64,000 bases of DNA from Zootoca vivipara. Taxonomy: Eukaryota. How positions within the stretch are numbered: position 1 is the stretch's first letter; the number at the start of each line of letters is the position of its first letter. The notes beneath the pieces were generated by a model that was not told the origin of the DNA, did not search any database, and worked only from the letters and a program-made list of their open reading frames with translations. The DNA lies in the NCBI RefSeq assembly GCF_963506605.1, contig NC_083288.1, positions 32,488,001-32,552,000 on the forward strand. The letters are read 5' to 3'. The translations under genes were made by a program, and so were the position numbers. Below are positions 12,669 through 25,745 of the stretch, piece after piece.

Positions 12669-13570
12669 TCATGTTTTCCTTCTTATTAGCAGTTCCCTGC
12701 TGTTCAGCTCAGGCCTCAACACAATAATGTAACATTTTGGGGCAAAGATGCAACCCAACAACCCAGCACTGGAGGCCAAGATAGAAAAGATCTCCACAGC
12801 CACCACATATTTTCCCTTCATGCTCAAGTAGGTTGGGACAAAAGAAAGCCAAACACTGCAAAATAGCAACATGCTGAAAGTGATAAACTTGGCTTCGTTG
12901 AAACTATCAGGCAATTTTCTGGCAAAGAAAGCCACAATGAAGCTCACAAGAGCCAAAAAGCCCATGTAGCCCAAAACACAGTAGAACATAGCCACAGACC
13001 CCTCATTACACTCTAATACAATTTCTCCAGCTACTGAGTTCATGTCAACATCAGGGAATGGAGGAGAGATCACCAGCCACATATTGCAGATGGCTGCTTG
13101 AATAAAGGAGCAGGAAATAACAACAGAGTTTGCCATTCCTTTCCCCACCCACTTCCTCACCCTGGATCCAGGCTTGGTGGCCATGAAAGCCAGAACCACT
13201 GTGATGGTTTTTGCTAACACACAGGAAACAGCCACTGAGAAGATGATGCCAAAAGCAGTCTGTCGGAGCAGACATGTCACTACCTGAGGCTGGCCAATAA
13301 ATAGCAATGCACAAATGAAACAGAGCAGGAGGGAAATGAGGAGAGTGTAGGTCAGGATCCAGTTGTTGGCTTTGACAATGGGAGTGTGATGGTGCTTCAT
13401 AAATGTCCCCAGCACAAGTGCTGTAATGAAAGCAAAGGAAAGAGCAAAAGAGGTTAAACTGATACCCAAAGGGTCTTCATAGGACAAGAAACTTGTACTC
13501 TTGGGGATGCATAAATTCCTATTTCTGTTTGGAATTTTTTTGTCTTCACACTCATAACAGTCAATCATAT
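12669..13570 (-). CDS. V2R gene C exon 6 (7TM)
   Basis: DMIDCYEC...[17 protein letters not shown]...RRKT stop, 902 bp. Confidence 0.95.
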
Positions 13571-16500
13571 CTGAAAAAGAAAATGTTTTGTATTAATCTC
13601 AAAAATATGACATGTTTCATCAACATACCGTGACTTTTCCTTCTTTTCTTTTTCTTATTCCATTTTTAAAAAATGGTTTCATGAATATACAACTAAAATT
13701 TACAAAATTTGCAATTGTGAATGAAGGAGTCCATCCTGCTTAGGCAGCCAATCAGAAGTACATAATTAACTGAGTGAAAATGCAGAAGGGTTGGAAATCC
13801 TTCCTGATCGACTTCACATTGTCAAGAACTAACCAAGGGTTTCCAGTCACTATTCTGTAGCCCCCTCTCTAAAGCACAATCAGAGGGAATATGTCACTGC
13901 ACACTTATGTGTCTAGTAATCCACTCTTATTAATCAGTAAATTAAAATGATTTCAATCTTAACAAACCTCTGTATGTGCAGATTGGAAGTTAGCTCTTTG
14001 CTGGATTTCTCAAAATATTATGATTCAATTACCTGAAGCTTAAAGTTTTAAAATATACATCTAAATACATTTTATGAATGTAAATGCACAATTGAAAAGA
14101 ACTTGGATGGATAATGCTAAACACATATTGAGAGAAAATGCAGATTTACATACATTTTTAAGAGGATTTTTTATTTAAAAAAATCAAATTAATGAAGCTG
14201 TGTGTAAAAATATGTTTGCTAAATGATTAGGTCCATTGCCACCCAAATCTTTCTACCAAGTTTCAAAAACTGGAAACAAAAACCTTGGTGAATATATTGT
14301 TTCCTATGGATGTTTTTCTTCGTTTCAGGGAACCATATATAAATTTGTGCATATATTTCTTACCCTCCTGGGTTGTAATCTTCCCTTCTGGACATGGGGT
14401 GCAGTCATAACAGCAAAATGGCTCCCCCTCTTTCACTTTCTTGCTAGAACCAGGATGACAACTGTCGGAACATACAGATTTAGGCAGTGTCTAATGCAGA
14501 AATGAAAGAGAGAGAAAATGTGATTCTCAGAATAATATAGCCATAATCCTCAAGTTTCTGGGGCATTTTTGAAGTAGCAAAGGACAGTCCCTGAACTCCT
14601 GATTGAGCCTCCCATCTAAATGATATTTGTTGGGGGGGGGGAGGGCGGTTCTCCAAAGAGAGCTTTTGCCAAGCACTTTAAGATGGTAGACATACATCTA
14701 TCTTAGCAGTTCAGGATCTCCACATTTCTTTTTAAGCAGACAGTGGGGGATAAAGAAATCAACATTGTTACAGGAGAAGATCCTGCTCATTAGCTGATGA
14801 ATGAATTAACATATCATAGAATTGTAGAGTTGGAAGGGACCCAGGGGGTCATCTAGTGCAACCCCCTGCAATGCAGGAATATGTAGCTGTCCCATACAGG
14901 GATCGAACCTACAACCTTGGCATTTTCAGCACTACACTTCAACCAACTGAGCTATCATGAACCCTCTCTTATCTTCTTCTTCTTTGGCGATCACTTGTAG
15001 CCGAGTAAGATTGTCTTCCATAAACATGGTTTTAATATGAGTCCGTAAGTGACTGTGCGGAGGCCAATTCTGCATCCATCACATCCTTCCACAGTGGGGA
15101 CATTGGTTTCTGGGTGGGAGTTGATCATGGTGTGGATTTGCCAAGCGTGCCTTCCTCTTAGCACATTTCTCCCTTGCGTTCTGAGTTCGAGTGTCTTCAA
15201 AACCCGTGACACCTTTGGCAAAGGCTGTTCTCCAACTGGAGCACTCGCAGGCCAGTGTTTCCCAGTTGTGTTTATACTACATTTTTTTAGATTTGCCTTG
15301 AGACAGTCTTTAAACCTCTTTTGTTGACCACAAGCATTACGCTCTTCTTTTAACAGGGTTGTTCAAAAGATCATTTATTGTAGCAGATTGCTTCATTCAG
15401 CAGCTGTATTTTTATTCTTTTTATTTTTTTATTTTATTTTTTATTTTTTTATTTTATTCTTATGTCATTAGTAAGGGAATGTAATCAGGTAGAACTGTAT
15501 ATGGATAGCACACTCTACCACATTAAAGGGTAGACTGGGCAGAGAAGAAGGAATGGTGGAGACAGCCTCCCCATCTTGACCCTTCCAGGGAGGAGGAAGA
15601 GGAAGACAGTATAGAGTTACAGCAGTGGTTTGCATTAGGTTGCAGGTCAGAGGCAGATGAGGAGAAAAGTTGGGAAGTAATGGGAGATCTGGAGCAGCAG
15701 CTGGCTGACCTGTTGCCATTAGAAAGCATTCCAGACCCACCATCTCCCAGAACCTGGTGAGCCTTAAAAGCAGGAGAGCAAAGAGCTCAAAGACAGAAGG
15801 CACTTAGCAGCACCCATAGAAGAGGTGATGATGGTGATGAATGAGGAAGTGAGAGAGAAGGGAGGGTGGAGATTCACTCGGGACAATGCCATTATCCAAG
15901 AGGCTGGGTTCTATAGCCTCTCTCTGTAAAGTCTGAAATATAAAAGGCTGGAATAAACTTTTCCTTGTCTTTATACTTTCCTGGGCAACCAGCCGGGAGC
16001 TGCTGACAGCATCCTGACAACCTCTACATTCTACAGCAGCAGCAGTGAATCTCCAACCCACTGACAAACCTGGGCCTGACATGAAGTCCTATTTGGCCCA
16101 TGAGGCCACTTTGCCCAAACCACCCATACCTGCTCATCAGCTGACATATTTTTGAAAAGCAAGTCCTGCACTGAACCCTTCGGTCTTTAATTGTGCTGGA
16201 AAAATAAAAGCTTTATAAACCTCATTGTTCTGATTGCAGGGCAAGACTTGCAAGAGCAACAAATTTCAACAGGTGGTCACTACAACCCATCTGTTGATCT
16301 TGTGATAATATAGTGATATCAAAAAGTTGCAGATGGATAAGCTTTGCCACCTGTCAAAGTTGGCCCACATGATGGAGCCCCTTGTGGAGTTTCTTTGTTA
16401 CATTAATTCAAATGTTGTCATGGACTCTTTGGATGCAAAAGAATAGCTGGAGACACGAGTTGTGGAAACCCCAATGGAACCACCAAGAGAAGAAGGCTCA

Positions 16501-18315
16501 GAGCCAGAGGATTTATGGTGGGATGACAATGAGTGGTCAGAGGGAGAAGAGGGAGCAGACTGGGATAGTTGCCAGAAGCTGAAGAAGTAACAGGGTTTAG
16601 CAAGCAGGGAGAGTCTGTGGCAGAGAACAGTCCAGAAGCAGACTGAGAAGCAGAGGCTGGAGAGGAGTGGAGCCAAGAGGCAGAGATGAGGCAGGCTGTT
16701 GAAGAATCCGGGGCCTCCCCGTCCTGCTGCAACCATCTTCCCTCCCCACTGGTCTCAGAACAAAAGAGGGATGAAAAGAGCAGAGCAGAGACAGACAAGC
16801 ATAGCTGCCAAGTTTTCCCTTTTCTCGCGAGGAAGCCTATTCAGCATAAGGGAAAATCCCTGTAAAAAAGGGATAACTTGGCAGCTATGCAGACAAGGTG
16901 ATGAAGTATTGCTTGGGAAAGACCAGGGGTGTGGGTGGGGGGTGGGAAGGAACTGTGGGAAGATGGGGATCTTCAGTCCCTGCAACTGCTTCATAGGGGC
17001 AAGATCCAACAGGACTAGTTGCTGTAAACACTAGGCCTGGCCTCCTGAGCTGTCTTGTTTCTTTGAATAAAGAGTTAACTTCATGGGCACCGTGTGAGTT
17101 ATTGCTGACCTGCCCTTGACAACTGCTTCCGACAGTCGTGCTATTCTCAATCCTAACAACAGCTAACAGTTTTGATAAGGGCCGAACAATGCTAAGCAAA
17201 ATAACATTTGTATGTTATTCAGGAGTATTCATTCAAAATCGGAATCTTCCCAAATGGCTGATGATTACCCCCTACCTGGTTAAACCAGTTATGCCATGTT
17301 ATGATATCCTCACTGATAGTAAATGCTTGGTCTGGAGGAACCTGGGGATCAATCTTCCCAACTTTCACTCTTTGAAAGGATTGATTTGAGAAGACAATCC
17401 AGTTGGTGACATCAAATCCAGCTACTATCTCCCCATTCTGGTCAAAGGAAATCTTGTCCCCAGCACTGTTGTTAAATGAGATAAGCCTCAGAAAATGGTG
17501 GAGCTAGATTGAAAAGGAAATGGCAGTTCAGGAAGGAATAATGTTGCATTGCATATTTAAGGCTGCAGATTCTAAATATCCAATCTGGATAGAAGCCATC
17601 TTTTTTCTTTCCTTTTTTACCTAGAAAATGGCAGGCTTTAAATATAAGTATAAAGCCACAAATGTATCACGTTTGGAAGTTCGTTTTCAAATACAGATTG
17701 TCAATAATTATGGCATCCTGTTCCTAAAATGCACAAACAACCATAAAAGCACAATTAGGTTATTGAAAGTGATGGCTCTGTGGGTTTCATGGTATATACA
17801 TTGTGGATTTATATATCATTCTTTCTATATGCCAGGTTTGGAGGTAAATATGGATCCTTATCCATCATCCATGTGCAAAAGGATGGTATGAGCAGGTTTG
17901 GGGAAGCCTCAAGATTTGCAGAGGTACAAAAAAAGACTTTAGGGAAGGAAATCCTGAGGAGGGTACAAACCCCCAAACATCCCAATGAGGACTGAGAATA
18001 TTTAGCAGTCAAATCATGGTTACTGATTGTTAGGGAGGAAAACTGAAAAACTAGGTAGGATAATGGAAATGCCATGGTATTTAATAATAACAAATAAATA
18101 CACAAATAAATATAATTCATATGTTCGCACACCTCAGTATCTAAGCAAATCCTGAGGTCCTTGAACTCACTATTACCCATAAAGAATGTAGACCAATTTT
18201 TTGTGTGGGTCCTTGCCTTACAAGAAAGGGTTTGAGTACATAGAACATACATACACAAACAGGACAATAGTGTACAGCAGGCATGCCCATCTTCCAAGAG
18301 ACTGCGATCTACTCC

Positions 18316-18371
<56 letters not shown>

Positions 18372-21300
18372 GCAAATCTTAAAACAATGTAGTATAAATA
18401 CTGACAACTGGGAGACACTGGCCTTCAAGCGCTCCAGTTGGGCTTTGAAGAAACTCGATCTCAGGACGCAAGGGAGAAACATGCTAAGAGAAAGGCACGC
18501 TTGGCAAATCCACACCGTGATCAACTCCCGCCTGGAAACCAATGTCCCCACTGTAGAAGGACGTGTGGATCCACAGTCACTTACAGACCCATTGTTAAAA
18601 CCGTGTTTATGGAAGACAATCTTNNNNNNNNNNNNNNNNNNNNNNNNNNNNNNNNNNNNNNNNNNNNNNNNNNNNNNNNNNNNNNNNNNNNNNNNNNNNN
18701 NNNNNNNNNNNNNNNNNNNNNNNNNNNNNNNNNNNNNNNNNNNNNNNNNNNNNNNNNNNNNNNNNNNNNNNNNNNNGAGCTTTTTTCTCCCTTTTCTTTT
18801 GGAGGGGGGGGGAGATCGATCAGGATCACTAGATCGACCACGATCGACCAGGGACACCCCACAATCAACCAGTAGATCACAATCGACCTGTTGGACATGC
18901 CTGGTGTACAGTATCTGTCAGGAAGTACACATTTCAAAATCTTTTTACAATTCCAACAAGTAAGGATGGAGGATAAATACTATTTTGTTTGCATCTTGAT
19001 AACCAATTCGCTATTTATGAACAAATATGTGAACTGAAATACAATTTTCCTGCCAAATTCAGACTTCTCTGAGTTCATTTGTGAAGGAACTTGTATTATA
19101 TTTACAGGAAATTGCTTGGGAAAATGTATCTGTTTGCAAAAAATAATAACAATAAGGATTTCACAAATATATATGTGGGTACATCATCTCAGGAATGTGG
19201 AGAAGAAAATTTACTTTTTGAACTATAAAGTACATGTTGATGAAGATGGAATGAAGAAGGCAAAGATTAGAACTCAGCTGGAATAAAACTCATCTTTTAA
19301 TTTTCTCTATATATTTCCACTTCAAATTTCAAACATTCCCTCTTCAGTGGTACACAGTGAAGAGGCAAGCCAAATAACTTCCATGCCTTGTTAAATGAGG
19401 ATGCTCAGCCCCTTACCTGCCACAGATGCTGATTCTGACGCTTCAGTTCTCTACAGCCTGCCATTGGTCTGTATTTGACTTGAGATGTAGACATGGCATG
19501 CAAAGCTTGGGCCACAACATAGACAGCATTGTAGATGTTGTAGCTATGGCTGGTCATGCTCATTTCAAAAAAAGGACCAGGAAGATTCTCCAATCTCTCT
19601 TCCCCGGTGCAGATGTCTCCCTCCACATTGCCAGAAATTTGATTTGTGAATACACAACCAAATGCCTGTTGCCAAAAGTCCGTGATAAAACCATCTCCTT
19701 TTGTGCTAGAAGGGTTTTTGTTCTCAATAAATTGGTGAAATCCTGGTAGATCACGAGAATGGGCTGTGAAGGAGAGAGCCCCGTGGAGTATTTCTGTATC
19801 CCAAGTCCTTTGATAAACAAATGATGTTAGCTCCATCTGGGCTGTCATAATCCACACTTTACCTTTTGGCTTACTTGGCATTTGTTCTCGTTCTGACAGG
19901 TATGGCAACCATCTGAAAAAAGGCACAGCATACGATTCCCCATAGACCACAACTGCATTGGCTTTGCTATTAATTATATTATCATGAATTTCTGCCCCCT
20001 TGTTAAACAAAGCATTAATTTCTGTGACAAAAGTGTATTTCTGAGTTCTTTCAGTGAAGGCAAAACAGATACCACTCTGGGAGAAAAGGGGAACCACCGT
20101 TTGTATAAATCTATCTCCATATTCATCATTGCTGGTAAGGATCCCAATCCACGTCCACCTGAAATGCAGAAGGAAATAGAGAATCCCCTGATACTGGAGG
20201 TCTTCCTTGGGACTCATCTGGTAGAATGAAAGTCCTGGGGTTTTATCATTCATCAGTGGTGCAGATCCATATATGAGCTAAAGAGAAATGTGGGGAAGAG
20301 AGAAAGTGACAGAAATGATAACCACTTTAACTTGAAACATGTTGCTATATCAGCAATTCTTCCAACAGTGCTACAAAAAAGCTATGGAGAGACAGTGGAA
20401 GCAGGGGCAGACTTTTGTAATATGGTGCCCTTAGCAAGGACAAAATTTGTTGCCCCCCGTAAATATTTCTAATTTTCACAATAATTCCTTAATTGTTAAT
20501 TGTTGTTTTGGACACCCTCAGCTTGGTGTGAGGAAACCACTCGCACCAACCTATATTCCTATGCTGGAGGAAGCAGAGAGAACAGTGTCGTGTGTAAGGA
20601 TTTTGAATAGATTGAAGGTGTAGGAGATAATTGCAATAACACTGGGGATGTCTTGGCTCAAAAGTCTCACTCTTTAGATACTTAATTGTAAGAACATGAG
20701 GTATATGGAATTTGCTGCCAAGGAGTGTGGTGGAGTCTCCTTCTTTGGAGGTCTTTAAGCAGAGGCTTGACAGGCATATGTCAAGAATGCTTTGAGGGTG
20801 TTTCCTGCTTGGCAGGGGGTTGGACTGGATGGCCCTTGTGGTCTCTTCCAACTCTATGATTCTATGATTCTATATATATCTTGAAGCAGAGCCAAAAGTT
20901 TTCGAGAGATAAGAAGTTCCCTGAATGCTCCGCAAATTGTCATTGCATTGGTTGAAATGAAAAATGTAAACTTCTGCTTCAGGAATAGGCTGCATTTTTC
21001 AAATCTCCCATCCAACATTCATGCAAAAAACATGTCCCTCTAGTTATTTGGAATGCACACATTTGTTTTTCCAAACTACATCATCCAACATAGATGTGGT
21101 AAATCCCTATTCTGGACACAAAGAGAGAAATATCCCACCTGTGGAACCTTATAGATATCCAATATTGTTGCCACTTGAAGGGAAGTCTGTGAGTCCAGTC
21201 CCCCAATGATGGCTAAAAGGTTTTGCTTGATGTGGCAGATGTAGTTGGGGACAAATGTTTCCAGCGTTGATGTAAGTAACATTGTGGCATGGCAGGTCCA

Positions 21301-22925
21301 TTTGGCATTGAAATAGCTGTCATAGATGTGGAAGCCTAGAGTGACATTGGGTAGAATCTGAGGATTTTCATTGATCTCCTTCACTGCAAATTGCAAGGCC
21401 AGGATGTTCTGGTAATGTTTAGGCACCACACTAGAAAGAGAGTTGCATTCCTTATCAGAAAAGTATGCCACATTTTGTAAATGCTTCACAACTATGTTGT
21501 ACATCCAGGACCAGTGCTTGTCACTAGGTCAACTAGGCAGCTGCCTATGGAGCAGACCTCAAAGGAGCAATTATCTCCTCACATGAGAGGAATACTGACC
21601 ATTTAGAAAACAAGTGATAGATTTCCTACAACCAGGACTTTGTTTCAGCTAGAATTTGCCAGAACTCAGTTCTAGCACCTCTTAGGTGCGTGCCATTGTC
21701 ATTATAAGAGAATATGGGTGACATTCATGCTGAGTTCCGGCACCTCTTTATCTAGAAAAATAGCAATGCCTGCAATGTTTGTTGTTGTTGTTTAGTCATG
21801 TCCGACTCTTTGTGACCCCATGGACCAGAGCACGCCAGGCACTCCTGTCTTGCACTGCCTCCCACAGTTTGGTCAGACTCATGTAGGTAGCTTCGAGAAC
21901 ACTATCCAACCGTCTCGTCCTCTGCCATCCCCTTCTCCTAGTGCCCTCAATCTTTCCCACCATCAGGGTCTTTTCCAGGGAGTCTTCTCTTCTCATGAGG
22001 TGGCCAAAGTATTGGAGCCTCAGCTTCACAATCGGTCCTTCCAGTGAGTAAATGAACTCTACTCCATGTCTCAGAAATCTCAGAGGTAACAGAGCATCAG
22101 TTTAGAATTAAATTGCAAATAATAAATTTTTATGATATTAACCTAAGTAGCCTGTGCTTTTATTTTATTAAAAAAACATATTTAAATGTGGGGGTTGGGC
22201 AAACTACAGCCCCCAAATTGCCATGAAGCCTTGACCAAAGGAGTAGATAATTATCACACGATGTCAGCGCTGGAAAGTGGCAAACATTTTGTATACAGAT
22301 AAATATAGATTAAGGCTGTATCCACATTCCCAATTACTCTACAACTTGTGCTCTCCCCCCCCCCACTGTTGGTTTGGGACATGATGTACACATGAAATGA
22401 GCAGCAGTCCATATCTATCCTGTATGTGCTCCTTTGTGTCATCTTATAGTGTTTTGATGCACTTCCACCCAAACCATTTTTAATCCAAATCAAGAAAAAG
22501 CATAATCTAGATTTGTTCTAAAACAGTAACCTCTACACAGCCTAAATCTCCAACAATTTATCTTAGATACAGGATGTGAGGATGGGGCTGAGAAAGAACT
22601 GCTGCCAGTAAGAGTTCAAATTGAGCTAATTGGACCAATTATAAAACACAACTTTAACACACTTTCATTGAACTGCGAGATCATCCACATCAGTAGAAAA
22701 GTAGATGTTAGAGAGAAATGCAAAGAACTTTGAAATGGTTGTGAGAATAAAAGGGGATCAGAAATCTGTTTTGTTTTTTCAGAAGAGGGTCTATTTTATA
22801 TACCATATTCTAGAATACTAAATATCATGTTTGCAGAAGGCAAAAAAGAGAATTTAAGTATTTCTAAATATGTGGGCAATTATACATGTGCTATTTTATT
22901 ACAACATTAATTATGAAAAATGATT

Positions 22926-22977
<52 letters not shown>

Positions 22978-25284
22978 GAGGTGCAGGAGGAGAGATGGAG
23001 CACAAGGCACACAATGGGACAGATTAACCTTGCAGAAACATTTTTGGCAGATAACATGACAGAGGAATTAAAAGTTTTTTTTTTAGATAACCAGAGTCCC
23101 CCCCCCTTAAAAAAGCCAAGGAGACAACTGTTCTTTTTCCATTCTAATTTGAGTGGTCTAGAAAATGATATGCATTCATTCTTTGCCAAGGACTGAACTC
23201 CTATTAAGATGTTGCTACAGTACATGTTGTAGAATGGGAAAACCAGAGATCTGTTCAAGAAAATTGGAGATATGAAAGGAACATTTCGTACAAAGATTAC
23301 CATAATCAAGGACAAAAGTGGTAAGGACCTAACAGAAGCAGAAGACATCAAGAAGAGGTGGCAAGAATACACAGAGGAATTATACCAGAAAGATATGGAG
23401 GTCTCGTACACCTCAGGTAGTGTGGTTGCTGGCCTTGAGCCAGACATCTTGGAGAGTGAAGTCAAATGGGCCTTAGAAAGCATTGCTAATAACAAGGCCA
23501 GTGGAAGTGATGATATTCCAGCTGAACTGTTTAAAATTTTAAAAGATGATGCTGTTAAGGTGCTACACCCAATATGCCAGCAAGTTTGGAAAACTCAGCA
23601 ATGGCCAGAGGATTGGAGAAGATCAGTCTACATCCTGATTCCAAAGAAGGGCAGTGCCAAAGAATGCTCCAACTACCGCACAATTGCGCTCATTTCACAC
23701 GCTAGCAAGGTTATGCTTAAAATTCTACAAGGCAGGCTTAGGCAGTATGTGGACCGAGAACTCCCAGAAGTGCAAGCTGGATTTCGAAGGGGCAGAGGAA
23801 CCAGAGACCAAATAGCAAACATGCGCTGGATTATGGAGAAAGCTAGAGAGTTCCAGAAAAACGTCTACTTCTGCTTCATTGACTATGCAAAAGCCTTTGA
23901 CTGTGTCGACCACAGCAAACTATGGCAAGTTCTTAAAGAAATGGGAGTGCCTGATCACCTCATCTGTCTCCTGAGAAATCTCTATGTGGGACAAGAAGCT
24001 ACAGTTAGAACTGGATATGGAACAACTGATTGGTTCAAAATTGGGAAAGGAGTACGACAAGGTTGTATATTGTCTCCCTGCTTATTTAACTTATATGCAG
24101 AATTCATCATGTGAAAGGCTGGACTAGATGAATCCAAAGCCGGAATTAAGATTGCTGGAAGAAATATCAACAACCTCAGATATGCAGATGACACAACCTT
24201 GATGGCAGAAAGCGAGGAGGAATTAAAGAACCTTTTAATGAGGGTGAAAGAGGAGAGCGCAAAATATGGTCTGAAGCTCAACATCAAAAAAACCAAGATC
24301 ATGGCCACTGGTCCCATCACCTCCTGGCAAATAGAAGGGGAAGAAATGGAGGCAGTGAGAGATTTTACTTTCTTGGGCTCCTTGATCACTGCAGATGGTG
24401 ACAGCAGTCACGAAATTAAAAGACGCCTGCTTCTTGGGAGAAAAGCAATGACAAACCTAGACAGCATCTTAAAAAGCAGAGACATCACCTTGCCGACAAA
24501 GGTCCGTATAGTTAAAGCTATGGTTTTCCCAGTAGTGATGTATGGAAGTGAGAGTTGGACCATAAAGAAGGCTGATCGCCGAAGAATTGATGCTTTTGAA
24601 TTATGGTGCTGGAGGAGACTCTTGAGAGTCCCATGGACTGCAAGAAGATCAAACCTATCCATTCTGAAGGAAATCAGCCCTGAGTGCTCCCTGGAAGGAC
24701 AGATCGTGAAGCTGAGGCTCCAATACTTTGGCCACCTCATGAGAAGAGAAGAATCCTTGGAAAAGACCCTGATGTTGGGAAAGATTGAGGGCACTAGGAG
24801 AAGGGGACGACAGAGGATAAGATGGTTGGACAGTGTTCTCGAAGCTACGAACATGAGTTTGACCAAACTGCGGGAGGCAGTGCGAGACAGGAGTGCCTGG
24901 CGTGCTATGGTCCATGGGGTCACGAAGAGTCGGACACGACTAAACGACTAAACAACAACACAGTACATGTAATGAACCCACTTGCCTGTCATGGTGTATA
25001 AGGGATTAAAGTATGAATCAAAGTGGAAAACTGAAATTATTAATTCCTTACTTAAGCTCTTCAGGTAATGCTGGTGGGGGTTCTTGGGTGAAGGTTATTG
25101 AATTGGAGATGATGATGCTATGAGAGGCAATGCCACCAATGATGAAGTCCCCATTCTGATGATACTGGTGGAGTGGAGGTTGTGGATCAGGGACATTGCA
25201 TTTAACAAGGTGAGTCTTGGATATTACATGAGGAAGTAGCATCAACATCAAGACCAACAATGCCACCATCCTTGCTACAAACAT
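12669..25284 (-). CDS. V2R gene C, complete 6-exon vomeronasal type-2 receptor (~875-880 aa)
   Basis: Exons 25052-25284 (alternative ATG at 25269), 21139-21430, 19417-20277, 17276-17503, 14364-14490, 12669-13570. All GT-AG, open frame, same domain layout as gene B. Confidence 0.93.
14364..14490 (-). CDS. V2R gene C exon 5
   Basis: [42 protein letters not shown], 127 bp. Confidence 0.92.
14815..14957 (-). mobile_element. tRNA-Ile-derived SINE with CR1-like tail
   Basis: TAGCTCAGTTGGTT..GTG..GCTGA.AATGCCAAGGTTGTAGGTTCGATCCC followed by TTCCTGCATTGCAGGGGGTTG..TTCCAACTCTACAATTCTATG. Confidence 0.7.
14972..15350 (-). mobile_element. RTE-clade LINE 3' fragment
   Basis: C-terminal CPHCG..C..RIGL.SHLRTH zinc-finger-like motif and (AAG)n tail; same family as 18367-18623. 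Confidence 0.75.
16416..17121 (+). mobile_element. Probable solo LTR in gene C intron 4 (a second LTR-like block at ~15463-16019)
   Basis: TGTCA...TGACA termini, purine-rich body, AATAAA near the 3' end; TSD not convincing. Confidence 0.45.
16800..16889. mobile_element. 90-bp hAT mini-MITE
   Basis: TIR CATAGCTGCCAAGTT; 8-bp TSD CAGACAAG. Confidence 0.85.
17276..17503 (-). CDS. V2R gene C exon 4
   Basis: [25 protein letters not shown]...WFNQ, 228 bp, read by hand (not in the ORF track). Confidence 0.92.
18319..18366. repeat. (TA)n microsatellite
   Basis: Read directly from the sequence. Confidence 0.95.
18367..18623 (+). mobile_element. RTE-clade LINE 3' fragment (runs into a gap)
   Basis: [10 protein letters not shown]...[10 protein letters not shown]; homologous to 14972-15350. 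Confidence 0.75.
18624..18775. other. Assembly gap (N run)
   Basis: N characters. Confidence 1.
19417..20277 (-). CDS. V2R gene C exon 3
   Basis: [15 protein letters not shown]...LWQ, 861 bp. Confidence 0.93.
20705..20872 (+). mobile_element. CR1 3' end fragment
   Basis: GTGGTGGAGTCTCCTTC..GGAGG..TTCCAACTCTATGATTCTATGATTCT. Confidence 0.8.
21139..21430 (-). CDS. V2R gene C exon 2
   Basis: [24 protein letters not shown]...YKVPQ, 292 bp. Confidence 0.93.
21633..21768. mobile_element. hAT MITE
   Basis: Homologous to 8708-8846; degenerate TSD CCTACAAC/CCTGCAAT. Confidence 0.7.
21779..22050 (-). mobile_element. BovB LINE 3' fragment
   Basis: [22 protein letters not shown]...HGVTKSRT plus (CAA)n tail; similar to 24700-24960. 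Confidence 0.9.
22929..22975. repeat. (TA)n microsatellite
   Basis: Read directly from the sequence. Confidence 0.95.
23228..24959 (+). mobile_element. BovB (RTE clade) LINE, 5'-truncated, young
   Basis: RT with [19 protein letters not shown] and YADDTTL; one in-frame TGA at 24112; (CAA)n tail; 11-bp TSD ACAGTACATGT (23217-23227, 24960-24970). Confidence 0.95.
25052..25284 (-). CDS. V2R gene C exon 1
   Basis: [19 protein letters not shown]...[10 protein letters not shown]...EELK, GTAAG donor. Confidence 0.88.
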
Positions 25285-25621
25285 TGCCTTAATACTGAAA
25301 ACAACTATTTCTAACTATGACAGTACCATTGAGAAAAAACATTGGCAATTTAGTATCCTTATATGTATGAAATACAGAGTGCAAGACAATGTTTTGGTTT
25401 TTTTAAAACCCTGATCATGCTGGCAGGTCCTTGTCTATTCACATTCCCTAATTCCAGCTGTGATTGCTAGAGATTGCCAGCCTTCTTCAGCACTCTCCAT
25501 ATGTTTTGAATTTCAAGTTCCAGCATCCCCCGCTGATTGGGTCTGTTGAAGTTGTAGTCCGAAACAAGCGGAGGACACTATTTGGGGGAAGATTTGTGTA
25601 TGTTATCTTTTACAGATGGTC

Positions 25622-25745
25622 TCATTAGCTTTGATAGTGTCCACGTTTGGGGGGGGGGGTAGAGAAATTGGAGAATTACTGTACTTAAGATAATTAAAGG
25701 AAAGATAGTCACCAGCTGAAATCTATCAATTCTCTGAGGAATTGT
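25622..25745 (-). promoter_or_regulatory. Putative V2R promoter module, gene C
   Basis: TCATTAG, GATAATTAAA, AGTCACCA, TTCTCTGAGGAATTG. Confidence 0.5.

Noticed and set aside
17809-18963. Long ORFs with YIYIYI runs or X runs
   Set aside because: Artefacts of the (TA)n microsatellite and the N gap; the same applies to 5919-6254, 22911-23495 and 26074-26382.
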